NCBI RefSeq assembly: GCF_006345805.1
Contig: NW_021833802.1
Coordinates: forward strand, 1-54,399
Reading direction: 5' to 3'
Origin: Octopus sinensis
Taxonomy: Eukaryota
Length of the DNA stretch: 54,399 nucleotides
Below, in pieces: positions 12,501-27,520 of the stretch; position 1 is the first letter of the stretch; each line of letters opens with the position of its first letter. Position numbers and translations under genes: made by a program. The notes under the pieces are model-generated. The model had not been told where the DNA came from, did no database searches, and saw only the letters and a program-made list of their open reading frames with translations.

Positions 12501-15500
12501 CCATCACTATCACAACCTCCACTATCACCACCATCACAACCACCACGATCCACAACCACCTCCAAACCATCATCACATCACAACCACCACAATCACAACC
12601 ATCACAAAAACCACCATCACAACAACCACCATCACAAACACCATCATCACTATCACAACCACCATCACCATCACCATCACAACCATGACCACCACATCCA
12701 CCACCATCGCGATCACAACGAACACCATCATCACCATCACGAACACCAACATCACAACCACCACCATCACAACCACCCACCATCACAACCATCACCATTA
12801 CCATCACAACCACCATCATCACCATCACGACCAGCACCATAAAAACTACCATCATCACAACAACCACCATCACAACCACCACCATCACAACCACCATCAT
12901 CACTATCACAACCACCATGACGATCACCATCACAACCACAAACATCATCACAATCACGACACCCAACTTCACAACTACCACCATAACAACCACCACCATC
13001 ACAACCACCACAATCATCACCATCACGACGACCACCATCAACATCACAACCACCATCATCATAACCACCACCATCACAACAACCATCATCACGACCACCA
13101 CCATCACCATCAGAACCACCATCAACACCATCACAACCACCACAATCAGAACCACCAATCACAACCACCACCAACACGACCACCACCATCACAACCACCA
13201 CTATCATCACCATCACAACGACCATCATCATCACCAAAACCACTACAATCACAACCACCACCATCACAACCACCACCATCACGACCACCACCATCATAAC
13301 CACCATTATCATCACCATCACAACCACCATCATCACCATCACAAACACCACCATCACAACCACCAGCATCTCAACCATCACTAGCCTCACCATCACAACC
13401 ACCAGTATCACAACCATCACATCACTATCACAACCACCACTATCCTCACCATCACAACCACCATCATCACAACCACAACATCCACCATCACAACCGCCAC
13501 AATCACAACCACCACAATCATCACCATCTCGACGGCCACCATCAACATCACAACCACCATCATCACAACCAGCACCATCACAACAATCATCATCACGATC
13601 ACCACCATCACCATCAGAACCACCATCAACACCATCACAACCACCACAATCAGAACCACCACCATCACAACCACCACCAACACCACCATCACAACCACCA
13701 CCAACACCACCATCACAACCACCACTATCATCACCATCAAAACGACCATCATCATCATCACAACCACTACAATCACAACCACCACCATCACAACAACCAC
13801 CATCACGACCACCACCATCATAACCACCATTATCATCACCATCACAACCACCATCATCACCATCACAAACCACCACCATCACAACCACTACCATCACAAC
13901 CGCCAGCATCTCAACCACCACTAGCTCACCATCACAACCACCAGTATCACACAACACACATCACTATCACAACCACCACTATCCTCACCATCACAACCAC
14001 CATCATCACAACCACCATCATCACCATCACGACCACCACCATCACAACCACCACCATCACCATCACAACCACTATCATCAACCATCATTACCACCACATC
14101 ACAACCACCACCATCACTACCACTACCATGACCATGACAACAAACATCATCACGACCACCACCATCACAACCACCACTTTCCTTTCCATCACAACCACCA
14201 TCATCACCATCACAACCACCACTATCACAACCACCACCATCACAACTATGACCATCACAATCACCACTATCATCACCATCACAAACCACCATCATCACCA
14301 TCACAACCACCACAACCACAACCACCACCATCACAACCACCACTTTCATCACCATCCGAACCACCATTACAACCACCACGATCACAACAACCTCCACCAC
14401 CATCATCACGACCACCATTATCACAACCATCACAACAAACCACCATCACAACCACCACCATCACAAACACCATCATCACTATCACAAACAACGTCACCAT
14501 CACCATCACAAACCACCACCATCAGCATCACAACCATCATCATCACCATCACAACCACCACAATTACAACCACCACCATCACAACCACCACCATGGCCAT
14601 CACAGCCACCACCATCACGACCACCACTATCATCAGCATCACAACCACCATCATCACCACTATCATCACCATGACAACTACCATCCACATCACTATGACA
14701 ACGACGACCATCACAACCACCACCACACCATCACAACCACCACCATCATCACCATCAAACCACCATCTCAACCACCACCATCACAACCACCACCCTGACT
14801 ATCACAACCACCATTATCACCCTCACGACCACCACTATTATCACCATCACGACCACCACCATACAACCACCACCATCACAACAACCACCATCACGACCAC
14901 CACCATCACCATCACAGCCACCATCATCACCATCACAACCACCACCATCATCACCATCACAAACACCATCATCACCATCACCAACACAACCATCACAACC
15001 ACCACCATCACAACCATGACCATCACAACCACCACCACCACCACCATTACAACCACCATCATCAACATCACAACCACCTCCACCACCATCATCCACAATC
15101 ACAACCATCACCATGACCATCACAACCACCACTGTCCTCACCATCACAACCACCATTATCACAACCACCACCATCACAACTATCACCATTATACCCGCCA
15201 CCATCACAACCATCACGACCACTACCATCATAACCACGACTGTCATAACAAGTATCATCACAAGTACCATCATCACAACCACCACCAACCCCATCACAAC
15301 CACCATCATTATCACCATCACGACCACAACCTTCACAATCACCATCATCACTATCACAACCACGACCATCACAACCTACCCTCTTGACTACCACCAGCAT
15401 CACAACCACCACCATCACAAACCACCGCCATCAGCATCACAACCACCATCAACACCATCACAACCACCAGCATCACAACCACCACCATGACCATCACAAA

Positions 15501-18500
15501 CACCACTATCACGACCACCACCATCACAAACACCACTATCACGACCACCACCATCACAACCACCACTATCATCACCATCACAACCACCATCATCACCATC
15601 ACAAGCAACACCATCACAACCACAACCATCACAACCACCTCCACCACCATCATCACCATCACAAGCACCACTATCACAACCATCACAACAACCACCACCA
15701 TGACCATCACAACCACCACTATCACGACGACCACCATCACAACCACCGCTATCATCACCATCACAACCGCCATCATCACCATCAAAACCACAACCATCAC
15801 AAAACCACATCATCACCACAAAACCACAACTCATCACCATCACAATCAACTCGACCACCATCATCACCATCACAACCACCACTATCACAACCATCACAAC
15901 AACAACCATCACAACCACCACCATCACAACCACCACCATCACAACCACCATCATCACTATCACAACCACCACCATAATCACTATCACGACCACCAACATC
16001 ACAACAACCACCATCACAAACACCACCATCACCATCACAACCACCACCATCATCACCATCAGGACCACCACCATTAAAACCACCACCATCACAACAACCA
16101 CCATCACGACCACCACCATCACCATCACAACCCCAACCACCACCATAACAACCACCACCATGACCATCACAACCACCACCATCACAAACACCACTATCAT
16201 CACCATCACAAACACCATCATCACCATCACGACCACCACCATCACAACCACCACCATCACAACAAACCACAATCACAACCACCTCCACCATCATCATCAC
16301 CATCACAATTACCACTATCACAACCATCACAACAACCACCATCACAACCACCACCATCACAACCACCATCATCACTATCACAACCACCACCACCATCACC
16401 ATCACAACCACGACTATCATCAATATGACGACAACCAACTTCACAACCACCACCATGACAACCACCACCATCACACAACACCCCATCACGACCACCACCG
16501 TCACCATCAAAACCACCATCATCACAACCTCCACCATCACAACAACCATCATCACGACCACCACCATCACCATCATAACCACCATCAACACCATCACCAC
16601 CACCACAATCACGACCACCACCATAACAACCATCACAACCACCACCATCATGACCACTACCATCACAACCACCACTATCATCATCACTATCGCACCATCA
16701 TCACTATCGCAACCAACACGACCATCACCCTCACAACCACAACCATCATCACTATCACGACAACCAACTTCACAACCACCACCATGAAAACCACCACCAT
16801 GAAAACCACCACCATGACAACCACCACCATCATCACCGTCACGACGACCACCATCACAACCACCATCATCACAACCACAACAGCCATCATCACGACCAAC
16901 ACCATCAGCATCACGACCACCACCATCACCATCACAGCCACCATCATCACAACCACCACCATCACAACAACCATCATCACGACCACCACCATCACCATCA
17001 CAACCACCATCAACACCATCAAACCACCACCATCACAACCACTACCATAAAACCACCACCCTGACATTCACAACCACCATCATCACGACCCCACCACACA
17101 CAACCACACCACTATCATCCCATCACAACCACCATCAACACCATCAGAACCACCACCATCACAACCACCACCATCACAAACACAAGCATCTCAACCAACA
17201 CTAGCCTCAGCATCACAACCACCAGCATCACAACCACAATCATCACTATCACAACCACCACTATCCTCACAATCACAACCACCACAATCACAACCACCAT
17301 CATCACCATAACGACCACCACCATCACAAACACCACCATCACAACCACCACAATCGTCACCATTACAACCACAAACATCATCACTATCACAACCATCACC
17401 ATCACAACCACCAGCATCACAACAACCATCATCACCATCACAACCACAACTATCACAACCACCACCATCACAATCAAAACCACAATCATCACTACGACCA
17501 TCATCACCACTACCATCACAACCACCGACATCACAACCTCCATCATCACAATCACGACCACCACCATCACAACAACCAATATCACAACCACCAACATAAC
17601 AACCACCAGCATCACAACCCCCACCATCATCACGATCACAACCACCATCACAACCGCCACCATCACCATCACAACCATCATCATCACCATCACAACCACC
17701 ACCATCATAACCACCACCATCAAAACCGCCAGCATCTCAACCACCACTAGCCTAACCATCACAACAACCAGCATCACAACCACCACCATCACTATCACAA
17801 CCTCCACTATCACCACCATCACAACCACCACGATCACAACCACCTCCACCACCATCATCACCATCACAACCACCACAATCACAACCATCACAAAAACCAC
17901 CATCACAACAACCACCATCACAAACACCATCATCACTATCACAACCACCATCACCATCACCATCACAACCATGACCACCACATCCACCACCATCGCGATC
18001 ACAACGAACACCATCATCACCATCACGAACACCAACATCACAACCACCACCATCACAACCACCACCATCACAACCATCACCATTACCATCACAACCACCA
18101 TCATCACCATCACGACCAGCACCATAAAAACTACCATCATCACAACAACCACCATCACAACCACCACCATCACAACCACCATCATCACTATCACAACCAC
18201 CATGACGATCACCATCACAACCACAAACATCATCACAATCACGACACCCAACTTCACAACTACCACCATAACAACCACCACCATCACAACCACCACAATC
18301 ATCACCATCACGACGACCACCATCAACATCACAACCACCATCATCATAACCACCACCATCACAACAACCATCATCACGACCACCACCATCACCATCAGAA
18401 CCACCATCAACACCATCACAACCACCACAATCAGAACCACCACCATCACAACCACCACCAACACGACCACCACCATCACAACCACCACTATCATCACCAT

Positions 18501-21500
18501 CACAACGACCATCATCATCATCACAACCACTACAATCACAACCACCACCATCACAACCACCACCATCACGACCACCACCATCATAACCACCATTATCATC
18601 ACCATCACAACCACCATCATCACCATCACAAACACCACCATCACAACCACCAGCATCTCAACCATCACTAGCCTCACCATCACAACCACCAGTATCACAA
18701 CCATCACCATCACTATCACAACCACCACTATCCTCACCATCACAACCACCATCATCACAACCACAACATCCACCATCACAACCGCCACAATCACAACCAC
18801 CACAATCATCACCATCTCGACGGCCACCATCAACATCACAACCACCATCATCACAACCAGCACCATCACAACAATCATCATCACGATCACCACCATCACC
18901 ATCAGAACCACCATCAACACCATCACAACCACCACCATCAGCATCACAACCACCATCATCACAACCACCATCATCACAACCATCATCACCATCACAAAAC
19001 ACCACCATCACAACACCACTATCATCACCATCAAAACGACCATCATCATCATCACAACCACTACAATCACAACCACCACCATCACAACAACCACCATCAC
19101 GACCACCACCATCATAACCACCATTATCATCACCATCACAACCACCATCATCACCATCACAACCACCACCATCACAACCACTACCATCACAACCGCCAGC
19201 ATCTCAACCACCACTAGCCTCACCATCACAACCACCAGTATCACAACCATCACCATCACTATCACAACCACCACTATCCTCACCATCACAACCACCATCA
19301 TCACAACCACCATCATCACCATCACGACCACCACCATCACAACCACCACCATCACCATCACAACCACTATCATCACCATCATTACCACCACAATCACAAC
19401 CACCACCATCACTACCACTACCATGACCATGACAACAAACATCATCACGACCACCACCATCACAACCACCACTTTCCTTTCCATCACAACCACCATCATC
19501 ACCATCACAACCACCACTATCACAACCACCACCATCACAACTATGACCATCACAATCACCACTATCATCACCATCACAACCACCATCATCACCATCACAA
19601 CCACCACAACCACAACCACCACCATCACAACCACCACTTTCATCACCATCCGAACCACCATTACAACCACCACGATCACAACAACCTCCACCACCATCAT
19701 CACGACCACCATTATCACAACCATCACAACAACCACCATCACAACCACCACCATCACAAACACCATCATCACTATCACAAACAACGTCACCATCACCATC
19801 ACAACCACCACCATCAGCATCACAACCATCATCATCACCATCACAACCACCACAATTACAACCACCACCATCACAACCACCACCATGGCCATCACAGCCA
19901 CCACCATCACGACCACCACTATCATCAGCATCACAACCACCATCATCACCACTATCATCACCATGACAACTACCATCCACATCACTATGACAACGACGAC
20001 CATCACAACCACCACCACACCATCACAACCACCACCATCATCACCATCACAACCACCATCTCAACCACCACCATCACAACCACCACCCTGACTATCACAA
20101 CCACCATTATCACCCTCACGACCACCACTATTATCACCATCACGACCACCACCATCACAACCACCACCATCACAACAACCACCATCACGACCACCACCAT
20201 CACCATCACAGCCACCATCATCACCATCACAACCACCACCATCATCACCATCACAAACACCATCATCACCATCACCAACACAACCATCACAACCACCACC
20301 ATCACAACCATGACCATCACAACCACCACCACCACCACCATTACAACCACCATCATCAACATCACAACCACCTCCACCACCATCATCCACAATCACAACC
20401 ATCACCATGACCATCAAACCACCACTGTCCTCACCATCACAACCACCATTATCACAACCACCACCATCACAACTATCACCATTATACCCGCCACCATCAC
20501 AACCATCACGACCACTACCATCATAACCACGACTGTCATAACAAGTATCATCACAAGTACCATCATCACAACCACCACAACCCCATCACAACCACCATCA
20601 TTATCACCATCACGACCACAACCTTCACAATCACCATCATCACTATCACAACCACGACCATCACAACCTACCCTCTTGACTACCACCAGCATCACAACCA
20701 CCACCATCACAACTACCAGCATCATAAACCACCAGCATCACAACCACCAGCATCACAACCACCACTATCATCAGCATCAGAACTACCACCAACACAAGCA
20801 CCACCATCATCACCATCACAACCACCACTATCATCACCATCACGACCACCACCATCATAACAGCCACCATCACCATCTAACCACCACCATCATCACCATC
20901 ATGACCACCACCATCACAACCACCACTATCATCACCATCACAACCACCAGTACCATCACCATCACAACCACCTCCACCACCATCATCACCATCACGACCA
21001 CCACTATCACAACCATCACAACAACCACCATCACAACTCCCACCATCACAAACACCATCATCACTATCACAATCACCATCACCATCACCATCACGACCAC
21101 CAACATCACAACCACCACCATCACAACCACCACCATCACCACCACCACCATCACCATCACAACCCCCACTATCATCACCATCACGACCACCACCATCATA
21201 ACAGCCACCATCACCATCTAACCACCCCCATCATCACCATCACGACCACCTCCTTCACAACCACCACCATCACAACCACCATAATCACCAACACAACCAC
21301 CACCATCATCACCATCACGACCACCACCATCACAACCACCACCATCACAACCACCAGCATCACAACCATCACCATCATCACCATCACAACCACCACAATC
21401 ACCACCATCACAACCACCAACATCATCTCCATCACAACCACCACCATCACCACCATCATCACATTCACAACTACCACTATCACAACCACCACCATCACTA

Positions 21501-22110
21501 TCACGACCAACACCATCACAACCATCATCATCACCATCACGACCACCACCATCACAACCACCAACATCACAACTACCATAATCACAACCCCACTTCATCA
21601 CCATCACCACACCATCATCATCACCATCACAACCACCACCATCACAACCACCACTATCATCACCATCACCACCCCCAACGACACAACCACCGCTATCATC
21701 ACCATCACAACCACTACCATTGCAATCACCACCATCACAGCCACCACCATCACAACCACCACCATCAAAACCACCAACATCATTACCATCACAACCACCA
21801 GCATCACAACCACTATCATCACAATCACCAGCATCACAACCACCAGCATCACAACCATCTGCATCACAACCACCACTATCCTCACCATCACAACCACCAC
21901 CATAATCACCAACAGAACTGTCACTGTCATCACCACCACAACCACAACCACAACCACCACAACAAGCACATCACCACAACCACAGTTACCACCACAACCA
22001 CCACCACAGTCACCACCACTACAACTAGCTCCCTCATCACAACAACTACGACAGGCAATAATTTGTCCACGACTATTACTGCAACCACCACTACCACCGC
22101 CACTCTCACC
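9510..22110. repeat. 12.6 kb ACC/ATC/ACA satellite (core ACCACCATCACA) with higher-order duplications
   Basis: Low-complexity array. Near-identical ORF pairs are offset by 5286 bp (10874/16160, 11139/16425, 11401/16687). Confidence 0.95.
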
Positions 22111-22904
22111 TAGCCCGCTATCACTATCTGATTCTTCCTTCACAGATTCCTCTAAACTTAGTTAAACACTTGGCTTTTGTTGGGTGGAGTAAAAGTCTCC
22201 AAGGATTTCCTTTTTCTCTTTGTCACTCTCGGTCTCAGCCTACAATCCCTTCTCTGGGAATAAACACTTTACACTTAATCAAGTCATTTGAATATATTCT
22301 CAATGGAGTGCATTTCATCCCTTCCTCATTAATACCCGAAAAACTAGCCATTTTACTCAAATAATATATGTTATACTAGTTTCTCCTCAGAATAACAAAC
22401 ACAAACACAAACAAGTATATCATATTCTTCCTTCTTATATTCCAATGACACATTTTTCATATTTAGATTTAAAAGAAAGACAACCTACATATCCCCACCC
22501 CCTCAGTAACATATATAGAAAGAAAATAACACCAGATTAGGGTATCCCCAAAGAAAGAAAAATTGAGATGGTTTAAGATATGAAAATTTGAATTCTACAA
22601 ACAGAAAATAATAATTATTTAGTCATTTATGTTTTTAAATCTTTATTCACTGATAAGCGGCATTTAAAATTATCATTTGAAAATGATATTTTTTAAAAAT
22701 TACCCTCAGAAATGCTAGTATTAAATTCATTCCAAATACGCATGCATGCATGCAAATACATTCACATACACTCATTAACACATACATAAATACATACATA
22801 CGCACACAGACACACATATACATACTTAACCACACCATGCACCTACAAGTATATATGTGTATATGTGTGTGTGCGTGTGTGTGTGTGTGCATGTGCGTGT
22901 GTGT

Positions 22905-23158
22905 TGAGACCTTTGGCATTATGTCATGCTTGAGAAGAAGACCCATCAAGCCAAGCAGTCGTGGCAGAAACCAGTGTCACGCAAAGGGCACCCGTGCCGG
23001 TGGGACTTAAAGGCACCCATTACACTCTCAGAGTAGTTGACATCCAGCCATAAAAAACCATGCCGAATCAGACTGGAGTCTGGGGTAGTCTTCCTGCATA
23101 CCAGCCCTAGTCAATCCGTCTAACTCATGCCAGCATAGACAACGGACGTTAAATGATG

Positions 23159-23160
<2 letters not shown>
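22905..23160 (+). mobile_element. 3' end of an RTE LINE subfamily with a short, unexpanded 3'UTR
   Basis: ORF-end-like GAGAAGAAGACCCATCAAGCCAAG, followed about 200 bp later by GGACGTTAAATGATGAT, like the terminus at 6936-6950. Confidence 0.7.
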
Positions 23161-23192
<32 letters not shown>

Positions 23193-23255
23193 GACGCCAT
23201 GATAGATCGTTAGCTCCTACACGCATTTTTTTCTCTCCTTGATTTTTTCTGTGTA

Positions 23256-23293
23256 TCTTTCTGTCGAAGAGCGTAGGCTCGAAACGTAAAAGA
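23256..23293 (+). ncRNA. Variant minimal hammerhead (core CUGUCGA, ACGU stem III)
   Basis: UCUUU-CUGUCGA-A-GAGC gtag GCUC-GAAA-CG-UA-AAAGA. Stems are intact; the core deviates at A6 and has one extra A. Confidence 0.6.
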
Positions 23294-23326
23294 CTTTTTC
23301 TTTTTCTATTCGTGAGCGCTATACTA

Positions 23327-24590
23327 CGAGGGGCGTTCAATAAGTAATGCCCCTGACCCACTTCCCATAGCAGTAGAGCAACGAAACTTGGCACAGTTAT
23401 TAGTCTTTTTCTACATAGGAACCACCCAGAGTTACGCATTTCTCCCATCGTTTGATACGGCTCTGGAGACCGTTTTTGTAGAAGAACCCAGCTTGGTCCT
23501 CCAACCTCAACCTGACTTCAGAAATCAAGGCTGCATCATCTGGGAAACGCTTTCCTTTCAAAAACAACTTCATGATTGGGAAGAGGTGAAAATCAGAGGG
23601 TGCAAGGTCAGGAAAGTAGGGGGGATGGGGAGGAGTTCATAGCCATACGCCTGTGCTTCTGATCTGGCGACAAGCGAGTTGTGGAGCGGAGCGTTGTCCT
23701 GCAGGAGGAGGATGCCTTTGCTGATCTTGCCTCGCCTCTTGATTTTGATAACTTCTCTTAATTTCCTCAAAAGTGAAGCATAATAGGCTCCTGCAATTGT
23801 GGTACCATGGGCCAGGAAATCTGTCATCACTACTCCGTCCTGGTCCCAGAAGACTGTGAGCATGACCTTGCCAGCGGAGGGCTGCATCCTTGCCTTCTTT
23901 GGATGGGGTGAGTCACGGTGCTTCCACTGCATTGACTGGACTTTGGTCTCTGGATCCTCGTGATGGACCCAGGTTTCATCCTGTGTAATCAGTCTTTTGA
24001 AAAATTTTTACTCATCTTCTTGGCACATCTCCAAATTCACCCTCGAGCACTCGACGCGTTCTTGCTTCTGGAAAGGCGTGAGCAACCTGGGAATCCATCT
24101 GGCAGACACCTTTTGCATATGCAAATGGTCATGAATGATAGTTTCCACAGACCCGGTACTAATCTTGACCTTATGGGCTATTTGTCGAATAATTATGCGT
24201 CGATCTTCCAAAATGGCAGCCTCAACTTGACGGACAGATGCCTCATCAATGGCAGAAGGGGGCGACCAGATCTAGGAGCTGTTTCCACAGAGTTTCGACC
24301 ATGTTTGAATTCACGATGCCAGCGTTTTACAAGGTCATATGATGGGGCATCATAAGTCTCCCGTGGTGTGCGTCCTTTCAAATACAAAAACCGGATCACT
24401 GCTCGATACTCAACAGGCTCCATTTCACACTTGACTCAGTTCAAACACCTGTAAATCAGAAACCACAATTAATTCAGAGCTGTAATTTGCCACTTACTCT
24501 ATAGAGATATAAATGATTGCACATGCAAAATTTCAGCTAGATCAAACAACTGCAAGTGGGTCAGAGGCATTACTTATTGAACGTCCCTCG
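23327..24590 (-). mobile_element. Full-length decayed mariner (DD34D-type) DNA transposon, 1264 bp
   Basis: TIR CGAGGGGCGTTCAATAAGTAATGCCCCTGACCC (31/33 match between ends), TA duplication at 23325-26 and 24591-92, transposase on the minus strand. Confidence 0.95.
23395..24423 (-). pseudogene. Mariner transposase, frameshifted with a small N-terminal deletion
   Basis: MEPVEYRAVIRFLYLKG, WIPRLLT, DETWVH, LLQDNAP and PDLAPSDF motifs spread over several frames. Confidence 0.92.
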
Positions 24591-24771
24591 TAATACATCT
24601 GTTTGTTTGTACTCCACCTGCCTTCGTCTTTTGTTTATTTTCGTAAACTTTCCCGTTATATATATATAAAGTTAATCCAAACATGAAAATACAAAGAGAA
24701 AACACAACAATGCGAGGACGTGGAACAAGTATAGTATTATTATACGCTCCGGAAAGAAGGAAAGAAGGAGA

Positions 24772-24806
24772 GTTTAACTTTTCGAGCGGAGCTCTTCGTC
24801 AGAAAC
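24772..24806 (-). ncRNA. Minimal hammerhead in a second PLE-derived fragment (about 24670-24950)
   Basis: GUUU-CUGACGA-A-GAGC ucc GCUC-GAAA-AG-UU-AAAC. Stem III is AAGU, one change from ACGU. Confidence 0.6.
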
Positions 24807-25198
24807 ATCGGAAAAGGAAAGATCCAAAGAAGGGAAGACGGAGGGAAAAAATCGCCAACGGTACACACGCCGTCACATTTTGAATGACCGGAAGGAAATA
24901 GGTGAAGAAAAAGTTCTTTCAAAGACAGGAGAGTGTAAGAGGAGGTATGTGTAAGTGTGGATATGTGCGTGTGTGTGTATGTGTGCAATGATAACACGTG
25001 TGTGTGTGTGTGTGTGTGTGACTGTTAATCTATGTGTGTGGTAGGGCTTAGTATTGTTTAAGGTCAAGGAAGAATGAATTAGGAGTGGCTCTTGTGTCTA
25101 CCCATGTGGAATAATGGTCAGTGAAAGGTACTGGTAGTTTGAAGTATGTGTGTGTGTGTGTGTCTGTATGTATATGTATTGTGCGTGTGTTTTGTTTG

Positions 25199-25241
<43 letters not shown>

Positions 25242-25254
25242 TATATATATAATA

Positions 25255-25935
25255 GTTCATCCAGTGCTGTCATGACGACAAGCAACGAGCCTTCTCCAAA
25301 CATCCTGATTGCTCGCTTACCTCTTAATTCCACTCAGGTCGATTTATTTTCTTCTCATATCGTCCTGAGTCACCCTGCTCCACTTCTTCTTTGATCTTTC
25401 ACTCAATCTTTTTCCACCTCCTGGCATCCACTCAATCACGATGATAGTATGCCTCTCCTGCGGTAATTGAATCACATAGCCAGCAAACGGTATTCGCCGC
25501 TTAGTCACCACGTCTTCCAAAACTCCCCCACCCAACTCATTGGACGTATGCAGAGTCGATGGAACACATTCGACAATGGAAAGATCTTCACTGTATTCTT
25601 CCAGATTTCGCAAGTGTGGATGAGTGTTGATATAACAATAGATGAATATATCTGCGGCTTTATCTTCTTCCTAATGATGTTTGATCTCCATATTGGACGA
25701 AGATTTTGAAATACTAACGTTACTTCACCCATCTTAGTATTGACTTCAACTTCTGCATCTTCCTCTTTGGAAATACAGCTTCCAAGATGTGTAAACTGAT
25801 CGACGTACTCGGTTTCATCTCCGAGATTTACAAGTTGTGTTTGGTCTTTCCAGTGGTAATCTGCAACCCTTATTTTGCCTTCAAACTATATAAGTTATCT
25901 ATCATGGTCTACAGCGTATCTCTGTCTGAGCTGGT
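25255..25935 (-). mobile_element. Old RTE LINE fragment (RT thumb region)
   Basis: VDQFTHLGSCIS...FQNLRPIWRS...IYSSIVISTLIHTCEIW remnants. Confidence 0.75.
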
Positions 25936-25949
25936 AACGCCAAGTGGTC

Positions 25950-26330
25950 TCCAGGCATGGCTGTGTGGTATGAAGCTTGCTTTCCAGCCATAAGTTTCCA
26001 GGTTAAGTCTCACTGCATGGCACCTTGGGTAAGTGTGTTCTTTTATAGCATCGGGCTTTCCAAAATCTTATGAGTGAATCTGGTTGTCGGAAATTGAAAG
26101 AAGCCCGTCGAATGTGTGTGTGTGGGTGTGTCTTTGTGCCTGGATTTGTACCCCACCCCACTCCACTGGATAACAATTGGTATTGGTGCTTACGTCCCTG
26201 AAACAGTGGTTTCACAAAAGAAATCACAACCGCAAGTACTAAGGTTGTAGTTTTATTCGACTAAGATTCTTCTAAGCGGTGCTGCAGCATGGCCATTCTT
26301 ATGACTGAAACTAGTAAACGATAAAAGGGA
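25950..26330 (+). mobile_element. tRNA-derived SINE
   Basis: A-box-like TGGCTGTGTGG, body GGCACCTTGGGTAAGTG and the shared tail. Confidence 0.75.
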
Positions 26331-26364
26331 CATACATACATATATACATACATACATTTTTTAA

Positions 26365-26620
26365 TTGTTACTTGTTTTTCAATTATTTGGCTGTGGTCAT
26401 GCTGGAGCACCTCCTTGGAGGGCCTTTAGTTGAACAAGTCGACCCTCGGACTTATTTTTTCAAAGCAAGTACTTATTCTATCGATCTGTTTTGCTGAGCC
26501 GCTAGTAAAAAAGGGGACGTAAGCACACCAACAGTCCAGAGAACAGAAAATGCCATTATATATGGCCTTCATTGTCAAGCGGTGATGGGAGACAAACACA
26601 AACACAAAGACACACATACA
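26365..26620 (-). mobile_element. SINE 3' half containing a 38-nt RTE-derived filler
   Basis: Reverse complement of the SINE tail. Bases 26537-26574 resemble the RTE RT sequence at 33120-33152. Confidence 0.65.
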
Positions 26621-26631
26621 TAGATACACAC

Positions 26632-26679
<48 letters not shown>

Positions 26680-26903
26680 GTTTAAATATTTGTTGTGCAA
26701 GATTTTTTATGTGAAGTCGTGTGTTGAAACAGATATTGTTATATTTCGGAATGGTCATATTGCCAGGAGTGTGACGAAAGAACTTTGGCCGAAATAAGAT
26801 TGAGATTAATGTAAAAAATAAATATCACTGAAGCAAAATAACACCAAATATATAGTGCGTGTGTTTTTATTGGCTAAACTGGCAATATGACCATCCGAAA
26901 TAT

Positions 26904-26964
<61 letters not shown>

Positions 26965-26976
<12 letters not shown>

Positions 26977-27193
26977 TGAGAATGTGTGTCTGGTTGTCTG
27001 TCTGTGTGTTTTCCTAAAACTTGAGAACTACTAAACCAATTTCATTCAAATTTTACACATGCCTTACTTAGAGTCCGGGAAGGGTCATGTTTAACTTCTT
27101 GCCTAGGGCGAGCCCACAGCAATATCATATCTTCACTATTTCAGTCTTACGTGTTAAAAGTGAAAGAAAATCATCTCTCTATTGTATGTATAT

Positions 27194-27200
<7 letters not shown>
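26965..27200 (+). mobile_element. Helitron 5' terminal region
   Basis: TATATAAAACTGAGAATGTGTGTCTG...CCTAAAACTTGAGAAC, homologous to 41141-41218 and to the reverse complement of 40455-40650. Confidence 0.7.
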
Positions 27201-27231
<31 letters not shown>

Positions 27232-27242
27232 ATATATGGATG

Positions 27243-27273
<31 letters not shown>

Positions 27274-27488
27274 TATATATATATTTATATACATGTATAT
27301 ATATATATATAGCTGTATATGTATACATGTATATGTATAGCTGTATTTGTATAGTTGTATTTCTATAGATATACATGTATGTGTATACATGTATGTCTAG
27401 ATGTGTATATATATAGATGTACATGTAATATGTACACATATATACACATATATATATGCATACATATATACACCCATACACACATACT

Positions 27489-27519
<31 letters not shown>

Positions 27520-27520
<1 letters not shown>

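Larger units (their letters stand above)
23190..24660 (+). mobile_element. PLE (Neptune-like) 3'/pLTR fragment split by a mariner insertion
   Basis: 23190-23324 plus 24593-24660 are homologous to the reverse complement of 52290-52520. Confidence 0.7.

Noticed and set aside
22140-22365. Unique-looking stretch next to the satellite as a candidate exon
   Set aside because: Short frames with stops, a weak acceptor and no recognisable homology.
26765-26805. GTGACGA...GGCCGAAA as a hammerhead
   Set aside because: C3 is missing and the stems do not pair; at most a relic.
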